Notes under the pieces: model-generated
The model's database searches: none
What the model saw: only the letters and a program-made list of their open reading frames with translations
What the model was told of the DNA's origin: nothing
Shown here: positions 1-9,595 of the stretch, one piece after another
How positions within the stretch are numbered: the stretch's first letter is position 1
Layout of the letters: every line of letters starts with the position of its first letter
Origin: a plasmid
DNA length: 64,000 nucleotides
Reading direction: 5' to 3' (one strand)
Assembly (NCBI RefSeq): GCF_054482595.1
Contig: NZ_JBTHVH010000004.1
Position numbers and translations under genes: made by a program

Positions 1-1121
1 GCACAGGAGCACCCTGCGCTGACCGGATCGGGCTAATGAACGTTATCTTGGCGGAAGGGATCAACCTCGGCTTGCGCAAAATGGCGGATGCGACAAACAC
101 CCACACCTTCTGGGAATTGATCCGCATTGGACGGTGGCATGTCGAGGGCGAAGCCTATGACCGGGCGCTGGCCATGGTGGTCGAGGCACAGGCAGCGTTA
201 CCCATGGCCCGGTTCTGGGGCATGGGCACGTCGGCTTCGAGCGACGGACAGTTCTTCGTCGCTACAGAGCAAGGTGAGGCCATGAACCTGGTCAACGCGA
301 AATATGGCAATACCCCGGGCCTGAAAGCCTATAGCCACGTCTCCGACCAATATGCGCCGTTCGCAACCCAGGTGATTCCTGCAACGGCAAGCGAAGCGCC
401 TTACATCCTCGATGGCCTGCTGATGAACGATGCTGGACGCCATATCCGCGAGCAGTTCACCGACACGGGCGGCTTCACCGATCACGTCTTTGCCGCATGT
501 GCCATTCTCGGCTACCGGTTCGCTCCGCGCATCCGCGACCTGCCATCCAAACGGCTCTACGCGTTCAATCCGTCGGCCGCCCCGGCGCACCTGCGAGCGT
601 TGATCGGCGGAAAGGTCAACCAAGCCATGATCGAGCGCAATTGGCCCGACATCCTGCGCATCGCCGCCACCATTGCTGCCGGGACCGTCGCGCCAAGCCA
701 GATTCTGCGGAAACTCGCCTCCTATCCGCGGCAGAACGAGCTCGCGACAGCCCTGCGGGAAGTCGGTCGCGTCGAGCGCACCCTGTTCATGATCGACTGG
801 ATTCTGGATGCCGAACTCCAACGGCGTGCCCAGATCGGGCTCAACAAAGGCGAAGCTCATCATGCGCTGAAGCGGGCAATCAGCTTCCACCGCCGCGGTG
901 AAATCCGCGACCGTTCCGCCGAAGGCCAGCATTACCGCATCGCCGGCATGAATCTGCTCGCCGCCATCATCATCTTCTGGAACACCATGAAGCTCGGCGA
1001 GGTCGTTGCAAACCAGAAACGCGATGGAAAGCTGCTATCGCCCGATCTCTTGGCCCATGTTTCGCCGCTCGGATGGGAACACATCAATCTCACCGGAGAA
1101 TATCGCTGGCCAAAGCCTTAG
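1..1121 (+). CDS. tnpA: Tn3-family transposase TnpA, C-terminal part (Tn5393-like); frame is open at the window start so the gene probably continues upstream
   Basis: ORF track 36..1121; Tn3-family C-terminal motifs ([33 protein letters not shown]); stop codon lies inside a 39-bp Tn5393-type terminal IR. Confidence 0.8.
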   Translation, partial: TGAPCADRIGLMNVILAEGINLGLRKMADATNTHTFWELIRIGRWHVEGEAYDRALAMVVEAQAALPMARFWGMGTSASSDGQFFVATEQGEAMNLVNAKYGNTPGLKAYSHVSDQYAPFATQVIPATASEAPYILDGLLMNDAGRHIREQFTDTGGFTDHVFAACAILGYRFAPRIRDLPSKRLYAFNPSAAPAHLRALIGGKVNQAMIERNWPDILRIAATIAAGTVAPSQILRKLASYPRQNELATALREVGRVERTLFMIDWILDAELQRRAQIGLNKGEAHHALKRAISFHRRGEIRDRSAEGQHYRIAGMNLLAAIIIFWNTMKLGEVVANQKRDGKLLSPDLLAHVSPLGWEHINLTGEYRWPKP

Positions 1122-1154
1122 CGTAGGATTCCGCCCCCTCCCGCAAACGACCCC
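1116..1154. repeat. Tn5393-type terminal inverted repeat at the tnpA end
   Basis: Reverse complement reads GGGGTCGTTTGCGGGAGGGGGCGGAATCCTACGCTAAGG; 37/39 identical to the IR at 3265..3303. Confidence 0.8.
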
Positions 1155-2066
1155 GTGATGACCCTGCAGGCATCCCCTGAGACCCGGTTAATGCGCGCCG
1201 AGGTGCAGCGGCATTATCCGCACATCTGGCAGGAGCTGGAGGGGCTGGCGCAGGGACTGGAGGCCACTGTTGATCAGGTCTTTGCCTGGAACTGCCGTGG
1301 CGATCTGGTGCGCTCAACGTCGGATGGCTGTACGACGGTGGCCGGGGTAAACGCCGCAGGCGAGCGGATTATCGCGCATAATGAAGACGGTTTTCCTCAG
1401 TTACGGGATGAATGCTTGCTGGCTACCATTACTCCGAGTCGCGGTCTGAGCTTTACGAGTTTTGCCTATCCGGGGTCGATTTGCGGCCACACCTTTGCGG
1501 TAAATGAAAAAGGTATCGTTAACACGGTGAATAACATCCGTGCAGTGTATCGTCCGCAGGGATTACCGCGTCAGATCCTGGCTCGCGCCTCGCTGAATGC
1601 GAACACCCTCGACGAGGCCATCACTATACTTACCGGCCAGCCGCGATCCGGGGCGTTTCACCATACGCTCGGGCAGCTGGGCGATGCGCGGCTGTTCAGC
1701 GTTGAGGCCACCGGTCAAGGCTGTTCCGTTCTACCCCTGACGACGGTAACCGGGCATGCCAACCATCTGGTGCATGCGGCACTGGCTGGCGTTGAGCAGA
1801 TCGTTACCGACAGTTCAGCGTCGCGGCAGTTACGCCTCGTGCAGTGGCGGGAAACGCAACCTCCGTTTGACGCCGCGGCGGCAAAAACCATTCTCTCAGA
1901 TACCCATGACGCAGAACTGCCAATTTACCGGCTGGCTGCCGACGATCCGGATGAGGAGAACACCCTCGCCACGGCAGTTTTCACCCTCGATGCCAACCAC
2001 GTCAGGTGGCAAATTTTCGACATTAACCGCGACGATGCTAAATTTCATGGAGAAGTGCGTGGGTGA
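1155..2066 (+). CDS. Ntn-hydrolase / peptidase C45 (acyl-CoA:6-APA acyltransferase-like) family protein
   Basis: 303-aa ORF with GTG start; DGCTT and AHNEDG motifs typical of C45 / choloylglycine-hydrolase fold. Confidence 0.45.
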   Translation: MMTLQASPETRLMRAEVQRHYPHIWQELEGLAQGLEATVDQVFAWNCRGDLVRSTSDGCTTVAGVNAAGERIIAHNEDGFPQLRDECLLATITPSRGLSFTSFAYPGSICGHTFAVNEKGIVNTVNNIRAVYRPQGLPRQILARASLNANTLDEAITILTGQPRSGAFHHTLGQLGDARLFSVEATGQGCSVLPLTTVTGHANHLVHAALAGVEQIVTDSSASRQLRLVQWRETQPPFDAAAAKTILSDTHDAELPIYRLAADDPDEENTLATAVFTLDANHVRWQIFDINRDDAKFHGEVRG

Positions 2067-2219
2067 AATAGCCGGTCGTCAGTCATAAAGGGCAGGGGAG
2101 TACCGTTGGCCCGGCGTTCGATAGTACCGTCCGGATACTGCCAGATATCGGCGTCCAGGGAGATGTCCTGAAGCGCGGTGTCCGGAATTTCAGGTTTGTG
2201 TCTCTACAAAGACTAACTA

Positions 2220-3035
2220 TCAGAAAAACTCATCGAGCATCAAATGAAACTGCAATTTATTCATATCAGGATTATCAATACCATATTTTTGAAAAAGCCG
2301 TTTCTGTAATGAAGGAGAAAATTCACCGAGGCAGTTCCATAGGATGGCAAGATCCTGGTATCGGTCTGCGATTCCGACTCGTCCAACATCAATACAACCT
2401 ATTAATTTCCCCTCGTCAAAAATAAGGTTATCAAGTGAGAAATCACCATGAGTGACGACTGAATCCGGTGAGAATGGCAAAAGCTTATGCATTTCTTTCC
2501 AGACTTGTTCAACAGGCCAGCCATTACGCTCGTCATCAAAATCACTCGCATCAACCAAACCGTTATTCATTCGTGATTGCGCCTGAGCGAGACGAAATAC
2601 GCGATCGCTGTTAAAAGGACAATTACTAACAGGAATCGAATGCAACCGGCGCAGGAACGCTGCCAGCGCATCAACAATATTTTCACCTGAATCAGGATAT
2701 TCTTCTAATACCTGGAATGCTGTTTTCCCGGGGAGCGCAGTGGTGAGTAACCATGCATCATCAGGAGTACGGATAAAATGCTTGATGGTCGGAAGAGGCA
2801 TAAATGCCGTCAGCCAGTTTAGTCTGACCATCTCATCTGTAACATCATTGGCAACGCTACCTTTGCCATGTTTCAGAAACAACTCTGGCGCATCGGGCTT
2901 CCCATACAATCGATAGATTGTCGCACCTGATTGCCCGACATTATCGCGAGCCCATTTATACCCATATAAATCAGCATCCAGGTTGGAATTTAATCGCGGC
3001 CTCGAGCAAGACGTTTCCCGTTGAATATGGCTCAT
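2220..3035 (-). CDS. aph(3')-Ia: Aminoglycoside 3'-phosphotransferase APH(3')-Ia (kanamycin/neomycin resistance, Tn903 type)
   Basis: 271-aa ORF MSHIQRETSCSRPRLNSN...HLMLDEFF, recalled as near-identical to Tn903 aphA1. Confidence 0.95.
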   Translation of the reverse strand: MSHIQRETSCSRPRLNSNLDADLYGYKWARDNVGQSGATIYRLYGKPDAPELFLKHGKGSVANDVTDEMVRLNWLTAFMPLPTIKHFIRTPDDAWLLTTALPGKTAFQVLEEYPDSGENIVDALAAFLRRLHSIPVSNCPFNSDRVFRLAQAQSRMNNGLVDASDFDDERNGWPVEQVWKEMHKLLPFSPDSVVTHGDFSLDNLIFDEGKLIGCIDVGRVGIADRYQDLAILWNCLGEFSPSLQKRLFQKYGIDNPDMNKLQFHLMLDEFF

Positions 3036-3139
3036 AACACCCCTTGTATTACTGTTTATGTAAGCAGACAGTTTTATTGTTCATGATGATATATTTTTAT
3101 CTTGTGCAATGTAACATCAGAGATTTTGAGACACAACGT

Positions 3140-3262
3140 GGATTTGTTGAATAAATCGAACTTTTGCTGAGTTGAAGGATCAGATCACGCATCTTCCCGA
3201 CAACGCAGACCGTTCCGTGGCAAAGCAAAAGTTCAAAATCACCAACTGGCCCACCTACAATA
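3140..3262 (+). mobile_element. IS903 terminal fragment (IR plus about 100 bp), as found flanking aphA1 in Tn903
   Basis: GGATTTGTTGAATAAATCGAACTTTTGCTGAG... matches recalled IS903 end; similarity stops 3 bp before the Tn5393 IR. Confidence 0.6.
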
Positions 3263-3264
3263 AA

Positions 3265-3303
3265 GGGGTCGTTTGCGGGAGAGGGCGAAATCCTACGCTA
3301 AGG
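3265..3303. repeat. Tn5393-type terminal inverted repeat (IRR downstream of strB)
   Basis: GGGGTCGTTTGCGGGAGAGGGCGAAATCCTACGCTAAGG followed by the conserved strB-proximal sequence. Confidence 0.85.
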
Positions 3304-3370
3304 CTTTGGCCAACGATATTCTCCGGTAAGATTGATGTGTTCCCAGGGGATAGGAGAAGTCGCTTGATAT

Positions 3371-4207
3371 CTAGTATGACGTCTGTCGCACCTGCTTGAT
3401 CGCGGCCGCGATAGCTAGATCGCGTTGCTCCTCTTCTCCATCCGCGTTCCAAGCTGCGGAAAGGCACCCATAAGCGTACGCCTGGTCGAGCAGGCGACGC
3501 GGATCGACGTCCAGCGCACGAGAGAATGCGTCCGCCATCTGTGCAATGCGTCTAGGATCGAGACAAAGGTCGTCTCTGTCAGCCGGATCGTAGAACATAT
3601 TGGCGGCGCCAAAGCCCACTTCACCGACCAGACCGACGGGATCTATCACCAGCCAGCCGCGACTGGAGAACATGATGTTTTCATGATGCAGATCGCCATG
3701 TAGCCCACGCAGTTCCGAGGCATTGCTCATCATTTGATCGGCTATAATCGCCGCGTGGACGTAGTCAGTTTGACAACCTGCGTTTTGATCATCGCGCGCC
3801 CGCTGAAACAAAGCTGCAAAGCGATCCCGGATCGGGAGAAGGGCAGAAGGCAGGGGTTCCTCAGATGCGGCATACAGCTTCGCCATTAGTTCCGCTGCAA
3901 TTTCGGTCGCCTGGTAGTCGCCGTGCTCGGCAACGATGTGAGAGAGCATTCGCTCCCCGGCATATTCGAGCAACATCAGATTGTTCTCACGACCGAGCAA
4001 CCGGACTGCTCCCCTCCCATTGCGCCATACCAGATAGTCGGCCCCGCGCAGTTCATCAGCAATGTCTTCTATAGGTTTCAATTCCTTGACGATTGCAGGA
4101 GTCCCGTCTGGCAATGAAACTTTCCAAACGAGGCTGGAAAAGGTGTCCGCAATGAGAACAGGTTGCGAAACGTGCCAATGAGCAGGAAAAACAGGCGGCA
4201 TGAACAT
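3371..4207 (-). CDS. strB: Aminoglycoside 6-phosphotransferase APH(6)-Id (StrB)
   Basis: ORF track 3371..4216; 278 aa from MFMPPVFPAHWHVSQPV... to ...AIKQVRQTSY; ATG overlaps strA stop by 1 nt. Confidence 0.95.
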   Translation of the reverse strand: MFMPPVFPAHWHVSQPVLIADTFSSLVWKVSLPDGTPAIVKELKPIEDIADELRGADYLVWRNGRGAVRLLGRENNLMLLEYAGERMLSHIVAEHGDYQATEIAAELMAKLYAASEEPLPSALLPIRDRFAALFQRARDDQNAGCQTDYVHAAIIADQMMSNASELRGLHGDLHHENIMFSSRGWLVIDPVGLVGEVGFGAANMFYDPADRDDLCLDPRRIAQMADAFSRALDVDPRRLLDQAYAYGCLSAAWNADGEEEQRDLAIAAAIKQVRQTSY

Positions 4208-5010
4208 CAACCCCAAGTCAGAGGGTCCAATCGCAGATAGAAGGCAAGGCGTTCGCGGTCGGGGGCTTCGATCCCCAATACATTGAATAGGACAGCGAAG
4301 GCGCGCTCTGCTTCATCTGGCGCTGCCCAGTTCTCTTCGGCGTTAGCAATCATGAGTGCCAAATCGGCATAGCGATCTGCTGTTCCGAGCCGCCCAAGGT
4401 CGATCAGACCCGTGCATTGAAGAGTTTTAGGGTCCACCATGAAGTTCGGCATGCAGGGATCACCATGGCAAACAACCATATCGGTGCGCTCTTGGTCGAG
4501 CCGCACCGGTAGCTCTCGTTCGACACGAGCCAAAAGATCGAGCTGCGGCGTACTCTTGTCCTCGTCCGGTAAGAAGTCGGGATTGACGGCATTGCGGGAC
4601 ACCACATCAACGGCGCGTCCGAACATTCGCGACAGCCTGCGCTCAAACGGACATTGATCAACCGATAGGCTGTGAACAGCGCCAAGTTGCTGCCCCATTG
4701 ACGGCCACGCTTTGAGCAAATCCGCTCCAGACAGATCAGCCGCCGGTACTCCCGGAATTGCCGTTATCACCAAGCATGCACCCTCCTGTTCCTCCTGCCA
4801 GTTGATCACCTCGGGGCAAGCCACACCTCGACCTTTGAGCCAAATGAGGCGGTCACGCTCTCCAGCGAGCTCACCGCGGCGGGAAGCAGGTGCGATTTTC
4901 GCGAAGGCATGCCCGTCACCACGTCGAAAAACAAAATCACCAGATTCTCCGCCTCTGACAGGCAACCAGTCAGAATGCGATTCACCAAAAAAAATATTAG
5001 TTCGATTCAA
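4207..5010 (-). CDS. strA: Aminoglycoside 3''-phosphotransferase APH(3'')-Ib (StrA)
   Basis: 267 aa from TTG start (LNRTNIFFGESHSDWLPV...) to ...YLRLDPLTWG; ORF track 4207..5196 is a longer upstream-extended frame. Confidence 0.95.
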   Translation of the reverse strand: MNRTNIFFGESHSDWLPVRGGESGDFVFRRGDGHAFAKIAPASRRGELAGERDRLIWLKGRGVACPEVINWQEEQEGACLVITAIPGVPAADLSGADLLKAWPSMGQQLGAVHSLSVDQCPFERRLSRMFGRAVDVVSRNAVNPDFLPDEDKSTPQLDLLARVERELPVRLDQERTDMVVCHGDPCMPNFMVDPKTLQCTGLIDLGRLGTADRYADLALMIANAEENWAAPDEAERAFAVLFNVLGIEAPDRERLAFYLRLDPLTWG

Positions 5011-5302
5011 TGGAGGTTCCTTCAGTTTTCTGATGAAGCGCGGAGGTGGCTCAACCTGCGAAAAGAAACGAGTTGCTATGGACTTGCACCGGTTGTGTTC
5101 CGGTCTATCTCTCATTTTAAGCGGCTTTTTTCTCAAATGCCACCGGCGATTTCCAGCCGAGTGTTGAATGTCTTCGGCGTGGATTATAAAAGCCATTTAC
5201 CCATATAATGCGCCTACTTATCAGCCTTTGGGACGTTGGGACGGTATTTTTCACTATATACCCCCAAGTTTTTAGACATGAAAAAAGGGTAATGACTCCA
5301 AC

Positions 5303-5806
5303 TTATTGATAGTGTTTTATGTTCAGATAATGCCCGATGACTTTGTCATGCAGCTCCACCGATTTTGAGAACGACAGCGACTTCCGTCCCAGCCGTGCCA
5401 GGTGCTGCCTCAGATTCAGGTTATGCCGCTCAATTCGCTGCGTATATCGCTTGCTGATTACGTGCAGCTTTCCCTTCAGGCGGGATTCATACAGCGGCCA
5501 GCCATCCGTCATCCATATCACCACGTCAAAGGGTGACAGCAGGCTCATAAGACGCCCCAGCGTCGCCATAGTGCGTTCACCGAATACGTGCGCAACAACC
5601 GTCTTCCGGAGCCTGTCATACGCGTAAAACAGCCAGCGCTGGCGCGATTTAGCCCCGACGTATCCCCACTGTTCGTCCATTTCCGCGCAGACGATGACGT
5701 CACTGCCCGGCTGTATGCGCGAGGTTACCGACTGCGGCCTGAGTTTTTTAAGTGACGTAAAATCGTGTTGAGGCCAACGCCCATAATGCGGGCTGTTGCC
5801 CGGCAT
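5303..5806 (-). CDS. insB: IS1 InsB (expressed as InsAB' by frameshifting)
   Basis: 167-aa ORF ...[37 protein letters not shown]... Confidence 0.85.
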
Positions 5807-6000
5807 CCAACGCCATTCATGGCCATATCAATGATTTTCTGGTGCGTACCGGGTTGAGAAGCGGTGTAAGTGAACTGCAGTTGCCATGTTTTACGGCAGT
5901 GAGAGCAGAGATAGCGCTGATGTCCGGCGGTGCTTTTGCCGTTACGCACCACCCCGTCAGTAGCTGAACAGGAGGGACAGCTGATAGAAACAGAAGCCAC
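5725..6000 (-). CDS. insA: IS1 InsA
   Basis: 91-aa [33 protein letters not shown]... Confidence 0.9.
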
Positions 6001-6055
6001 TGGAGCACCTCAAAAACACCATCATACACTAAATCAGTAAGTTGGCAGCATCACC

Positions 6056-6234
6056 CGACGCACTTTGCGCCGAATAAATACCTGTGACGGAAGATCACTT
6101 CGCAGAATAAATAAATCCTGGTGTCCCTGTTGATACCGGGAAGCCCTGGGCCAACTTTTGGCGAAAATGAGACGTTGATCGGCACGTAAGAGGTTCCAAC
6201 TTTCACCATAATGAAATAAGATCACTACCGGGCG
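6056..6234 (+). promoter_or_regulatory. Tn9 catA1 promoter/leader remnant; the cat coding sequence itself is absent
   Basis: Matches recalled Tn9/pACYC184 sequence between IS1 and the cat start codon (…TTTTGGCGAAAATGAGACGTTGATCGGCACGTAAGAGGTTCCAACTTTCACCATAATGAAATAAGATCACTACCGGGCG). Confidence 0.7.
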
Positions 6235-6793
6235 CTGAGAGATCCCCTCATAATTTCCCCAAAGCGTAACCATGTGTGAATAAATTTTGAGCTAGTAGGG
6301 TTGCAGCCACGAGTAAGTCTTCCCTTGTTATTGTGTAGCCAGAATGCCGCAAAACTTCCATGCCTAAGCGAACTGTTGAGAGTACGTTTCGATTTCTGAC
6401 TGTGTTAGCCTGGAAGTGCTTGTCCCAACCTTGTTTCTGAGCATGAACGCCCGCAAGCCAACATGTTAGTTGAAGCATCAGGGCGATTAGCAGCATGATA
6501 TCAAAACGCTCTGAGCTGCTCGTTCGGCTATGGCGTAGGCCTAGTCCGTAGGCAGGACTTTTCAAGTCTCGGAAGGTTTCTTCAATCTGCATTCGCTTCG
6601 AATAGATATTAACAAGTTGTTTGGGTGTTCGAATTTCAACAGGTAAGTTAGTTGCTAGAACCCATGGCTCCTTTGCCGACGCTGAGTAGATTTTAGGTGA
6701 CGGGTGGTGACAATGAGTCCGTGTCGAGCGCTGATTTTTTCGGCCTTTAGAGCGAGATTTATACAATAGAATTTGGCATGAGATTGGATTGCT
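6235..6793 (-). mobile_element. IS10 fragment (inside end plus 3' part of the transposase gene), cut by IS26
   Basis: Starts CTGAGAGATCCCCTCATAATTTCCCC (IS10 inside end); encodes the C-terminal 172 aa of an IS4-family transposase. Confidence 0.75.
6248..6766 (-). pseudogene. IS10 transposase, C-terminal fragment
   Basis: ORF ends ...TREDLLVAATLLAQNLFTHGYALGKL; 5' part removed by IS26. Confidence 0.75.
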
Positions 6794-7613
6794 GGCACTG
6801 TTGCAAAGTTAGCGATGAGGCAGCCTTTTGTCTTATTCAAAGGCCTTACATTTCAAAAACTCTGCTTACCAGGCGCATTTCGCCCAGGGGATCACCATAA
6901 TAAAATGCTGAGGCCTGGCCTTTGCGTAGTGCACGCATCACCTCAATACCTTTGATGGTGGCGTAAGCCGTCTTCATGGATTTAAATCCCAGCGTGGCGC
7001 CGATTATCCGTTTCAGTTTGCCATGATCGCATTCAATCACGTTGTTCCGGTACTTAATCTGTCGGTGTTCAACGTCAGACGGGCACCGGCCTTCGCGTTT
7101 GAGCAGAGCAAGCGCGCGACCATAGGCGGGCGCTTTATCCGTGTTGATGAATCGCGGGATCTGCCACTTCTTCACGTTGTTGAGGATTTTACCCAGAAAC
7201 CGGTATGCAGCTTTGCTGTTACGACGGGAGGAGAGATAAAAATCGACAGTGCGGCCCCGGCTGTCGACGGCCCGGTACAGATACGCCCAGCGGCCATTGA
7301 CCTTCACGTAGGTTTCATCCATGTGCCACGGGCAAAGATCGGAAGGGTTACGCCAGTACCAGCGCAGCCGTTTTTCCATTTCAGGCGCATAACGCTGAAC
7401 CCAGCGGTAAATCGTGGAGTGATCGACATTCACTCCGCGTTCAGCCAGCATCTCCTGCAGCTCACGGTAACTGATGCCGTATTTGCAGTACCAGCGTACG
7501 GCCCACAGAATGATGTCACGCTGAAAATGCCGGCCTTTGAATGGGTTCATGTGCAGCTCCATCAGCAAAAGGGGATGATAAGTTTATCACCACCGACTAT
7601 TTGCAACAGTGCC
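6794..7613 (-). mobile_element. IS26 copy 1
   Basis: 820 bp bounded by GGCACTGTTGCAAA and TTTGCAACAGTGCC. Confidence 0.97.
6846..7550 (-). CDS. tnp26: IS26 transposase Tnp26
   Basis: 234 aa from [18 protein letters not shown]... (track ORF 6846..7568 includes 6 extra upstream codons). Confidence 0.95.
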   Translation of the reverse strand: MNPFKGRHFQRDIILWAVRWYCKYGISYRELQEMLAERGVNVDHSTIYRWVQRYAPEMEKRLRWYWRNPSDLCPWHMDETYVKVNGRWAYLYRAVDSRGRTVDFYLSSRRNSKAAYRFLGKILNNVKKWQIPRFINTDKAPAYGRALALLKREGRCPSDVEHRQIKYRNNVIECDHGKLKRIIGATLGFKSMKTAYATIKGIEVMRALRKGQASAFYYGDPLGEMRLVSRVFEM

Positions 7614-7664
7614 ACTTGACCTGATAGTTTGGCTGTGAGCAATTATGTGCTTAGTGCATCTAAC
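7614..7664 (-). other. Start of class 1 integron 3'-CS (region upstream of qacEdelta1), cut by IS26
   Basis: Reverse complement GTTAGATGCACTAAGCACATAATTGCTCACAGCCAAACTATCAGGTCAAGT. Confidence 0.7.
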
Positions 7665-7702
7665 GTCAAAATCAGCGGCGCGTTTTTATGCGTCCGCTGG
7701 AT

Positions 7703-8524
7703 TTACTTGTTGTGCGGCGTCGCAGACTCATTGAACAACCTTTTTGCCTGCGCAATTACAGTTCTCGGAAGCTCGATATTCAGAGGTTCTGTCACGCTCT
7801 TGAACAATTCGAGACTCCACGTCCACGTTTGATGATAGGCTGCACATAGTGCTCTTGGTTCTGCACTGCTTGTGCATGCCAGATAGCGATTATACGAGTC
7901 CTCCGAGATATCCTTTTCGAGCGCGCGTGAAGGTGTCGGCCAGTGGTCTGTTGCCCCTTCGTGGAGTCGAACCAGCTTGAGTAGGTTTTCATGTGCTTTG
8001 CTGAGCAAAGCCCAGGCGCGAGCGTACTCTCCCCGATTTAAAAGATTGGCCCCAAAGAGCATCAGGCTGATGAGGTTCAACACAAGCCCTTCCACCAGCG
8101 GCGCGCCTTCACGTATCGGGGGACCGCCCACGAGAGCGCTTGCGTACCTTGACAACTCTCCTGATCGGTCCAACAAAACAGCCGCCTCAAGCGAGGGAAA
8201 CCACCCATAGCCTTGCCAAGTGGAAATGACCGGTATGTCCGATTTTCGCATGAAATGGAATTCACCGCGAATGCCGTTTTCAAAAAGTGCGGTGTGGTGG
8301 CCGAAGTCGTCCGGAAAGTAAGCAGCAACCGGACTTACGGCATTAAGCCACGAGCGCTGATCGAAATTTTCAAAATGGTCATCCTGGATGAACACTGCGA
8401 ATTCGATATCAGAGAACTCGTCACCCTCTCCGATAGCAAATGAGCCGAACATCAATGCCGCGATTATTCGTGCATCCTCATGACAACCTTCCTTGAAGAG
8501 TTCGATCATTTTCAGTTGAAGCAT
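7703..8524 (-). CDS. lnu(F): Lincosamide nucleotidyltransferase, Lnu(F)-type
   Basis: 273-aa ORF MLQLKMIELFKEGCHEDARIIAALMFGSFAIGEGDEFSDIEF... (NTase G-S...D-x-E motif); sits after aadA in the cassette array. Confidence 0.8.
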   Translation of the reverse strand: MLQLKMIELFKEGCHEDARIIAALMFGSFAIGEGDEFSDIEFAVFIQDDHFENFDQRSWLNAVSPVAAYFPDDFGHHTALFENGIRGEFHFMRKSDIPVISTWQGYGWFPSLEAAVLLDRSGELSRYASALVGGPPIREGAPLVEGLVLNLISLMLFGANLLNRGEYARAWALLSKAHENLLKLVRLHEGATDHWPTPSRALEKDISEDSYNRYLACTSSAEPRALCAAYHQTWTWSLELFKSVTEPLNIELPRTVIAQAKRLFNESATPHNK

Positions 8525-8655
8525 AGAAATATCCTTTTATTGAAGCCACAGATTATGAGGAAAGGTATACGCAGATTTTTGTTTTTTTTCGTCAGCACAA
8601 CGCCGGAGTTAAGCCGCCGCGCGTAGCGCGGTCGGCTTGAACGAATTGTTAGACA
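8525..8655 (-). other. aadA attC plus lnu(F) leader
   Basis: Reverse complement begins GTCTAACAATTCGTTCAAGCCGAC... (aadA attC-like imperfect palindrome). Confidence 0.6.
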
Positions 8656-9447
8656 TTATTTGCCGATTACCTTGGTGATCTCGCCTTTCACGTAGTGGAC
8701 AAATTCTTCCAACTGATCTGCGCGCGAGGCCAAGCGATCTTCTTCTTGTCCAAGATAAGCCTGTCTAGCTTCAAGTATGACGGGCTGATACTGGGCCGGC
8801 AGGCGCTCCATTGCCCAGTCGGCAGCGACATCCTTCGGCGCGATTTTGCCGGTTACTGCGCTGTACCAAATGCGGGACAACGTAAGCACTACATTTCGCT
8901 CATCGCCAGCCCAGTCGGGCGGCGAGTTCCATAGCGTTAAGGTTTCATTTAGCGCCTCAAATAGATCCTGTTCAGGAACCGGATCAAAGAGTTCCTCCGC
9001 CGCTGGACCTACCAAGGCAACGCTATGTTCTCTTGCTTTTGTCAGCAAGATAGCCAGATCAATGTCGATCGTGGCTGGCTCGAAGATACCTGCAAGAATG
9101 TCATTGCGCTGCCATTCTCCAAATTGCAGTTCGCGCTTAGCTGGATAACGCCACGGAATGATGTCGTCGTGCACAACAATGGTGACTTCTACAGCGCGGA
9201 GAATCTCGCTCTCTCCAGGGGAAGCCGAAGTTTCCAAAAGGTCGTTGATCAAAGCTCGCCGCGTTGTTTCATCAAGCCTTACGGTCACCGTAACCAGCAA
9301 ATCAATATCGCTGTATGGCTTCAGGCCGCCATCCACTGCGGAGCCGTACAAATGCACGGCCAGCAACGTTGATTCCAGATGGCGCTCAATGACGCTTAGC
9401 ACCTCTGATAGTTGGTTCGAAATTTCGATGGTCACCGCTACCCTCAT
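8656..9447 (-). CDS. aadA: Aminoglycoside (3'')(9)-adenylyltransferase AadA; aadA2-type N-terminus on an aadA1-type body
   Basis: 263 aa from MRVAVTIEISNQLSEVLSVIERHLES...; from about residue 55 identical to the aadA1 copy at 39702..40493 except ...KVIGK tail. Confidence 0.85.
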   Translation of the reverse strand: MRVAVTIEISNQLSEVLSVIERHLESTLLAVHLYGSAVDGGLKPYSDIDLLVTVTVRLDETTRRALINDLLETSASPGESEILRAVEVTIVVHDDIIPWRYPAKRELQFGEWQRNDILAGIFEPATIDIDLAILLTKAREHSVALVGPAAEELFDPVPEQDLFEALNETLTLWNSPPDWAGDERNVVLTLSRIWYSAVTGKIAPKDVAADWAMERLPAQYQPVILEARQAYLGQEEDRLASRADQLEEFVHYVKGEITKVIGK

Positions 9448-9595
9448 GATGTCTAACTTTGTTTTAGGGCGACTGCCCTGCTGCGTAACATCGTTGCTGC
9501 TCCATAACATCAAACATCGACCCACGGCGTAACGCGCTTGCTGCTTGGATGCCCGAGGCATAGACTGTACCCCAAAAAAACAGTCATAACAAGCC
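9448..9595 (-). promoter_or_regulatory. attI1 and 5'-CS leader of class 1 integron
   Basis: ...GCCCTAAAACAAAGTTAGAC immediately before aadA ATG; lies between aadA and the intI1 start. Confidence 0.75.

Larger units (their letters stand above)
5288..6055 (-). mobile_element. IS1, complete (768 bp)
   Basis: Ends GGTAATGACTCCAACTTATTGATAGTG (5288) and GGTGATGCTGCCAAC (reverse complement at 6041..6055); insA and insB frames inside. Confidence 0.9.

Noticed and set aside
4207-5196. 329-aa ORF extending strA upstream
   Set aside because: strA starts at the TTG at 5010 (LNRTNIFF...); the extension has no homology and runs into the IS1 flank.
6034-6273. 79-aa ORF over the cat leader / IS10 junction
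   Set aside because: Spans two unrelated scars; chance frame, catA1 itself is absent.
7023-7619. 198-240-aa ORFs on the strand opposite every IS26 transposase (e.g. 7023..7619, 9636..10307, 13022..13624)
   Set aside because: Shadow ORFs inside IS26, identical in every copy; no independent evidence of coding.
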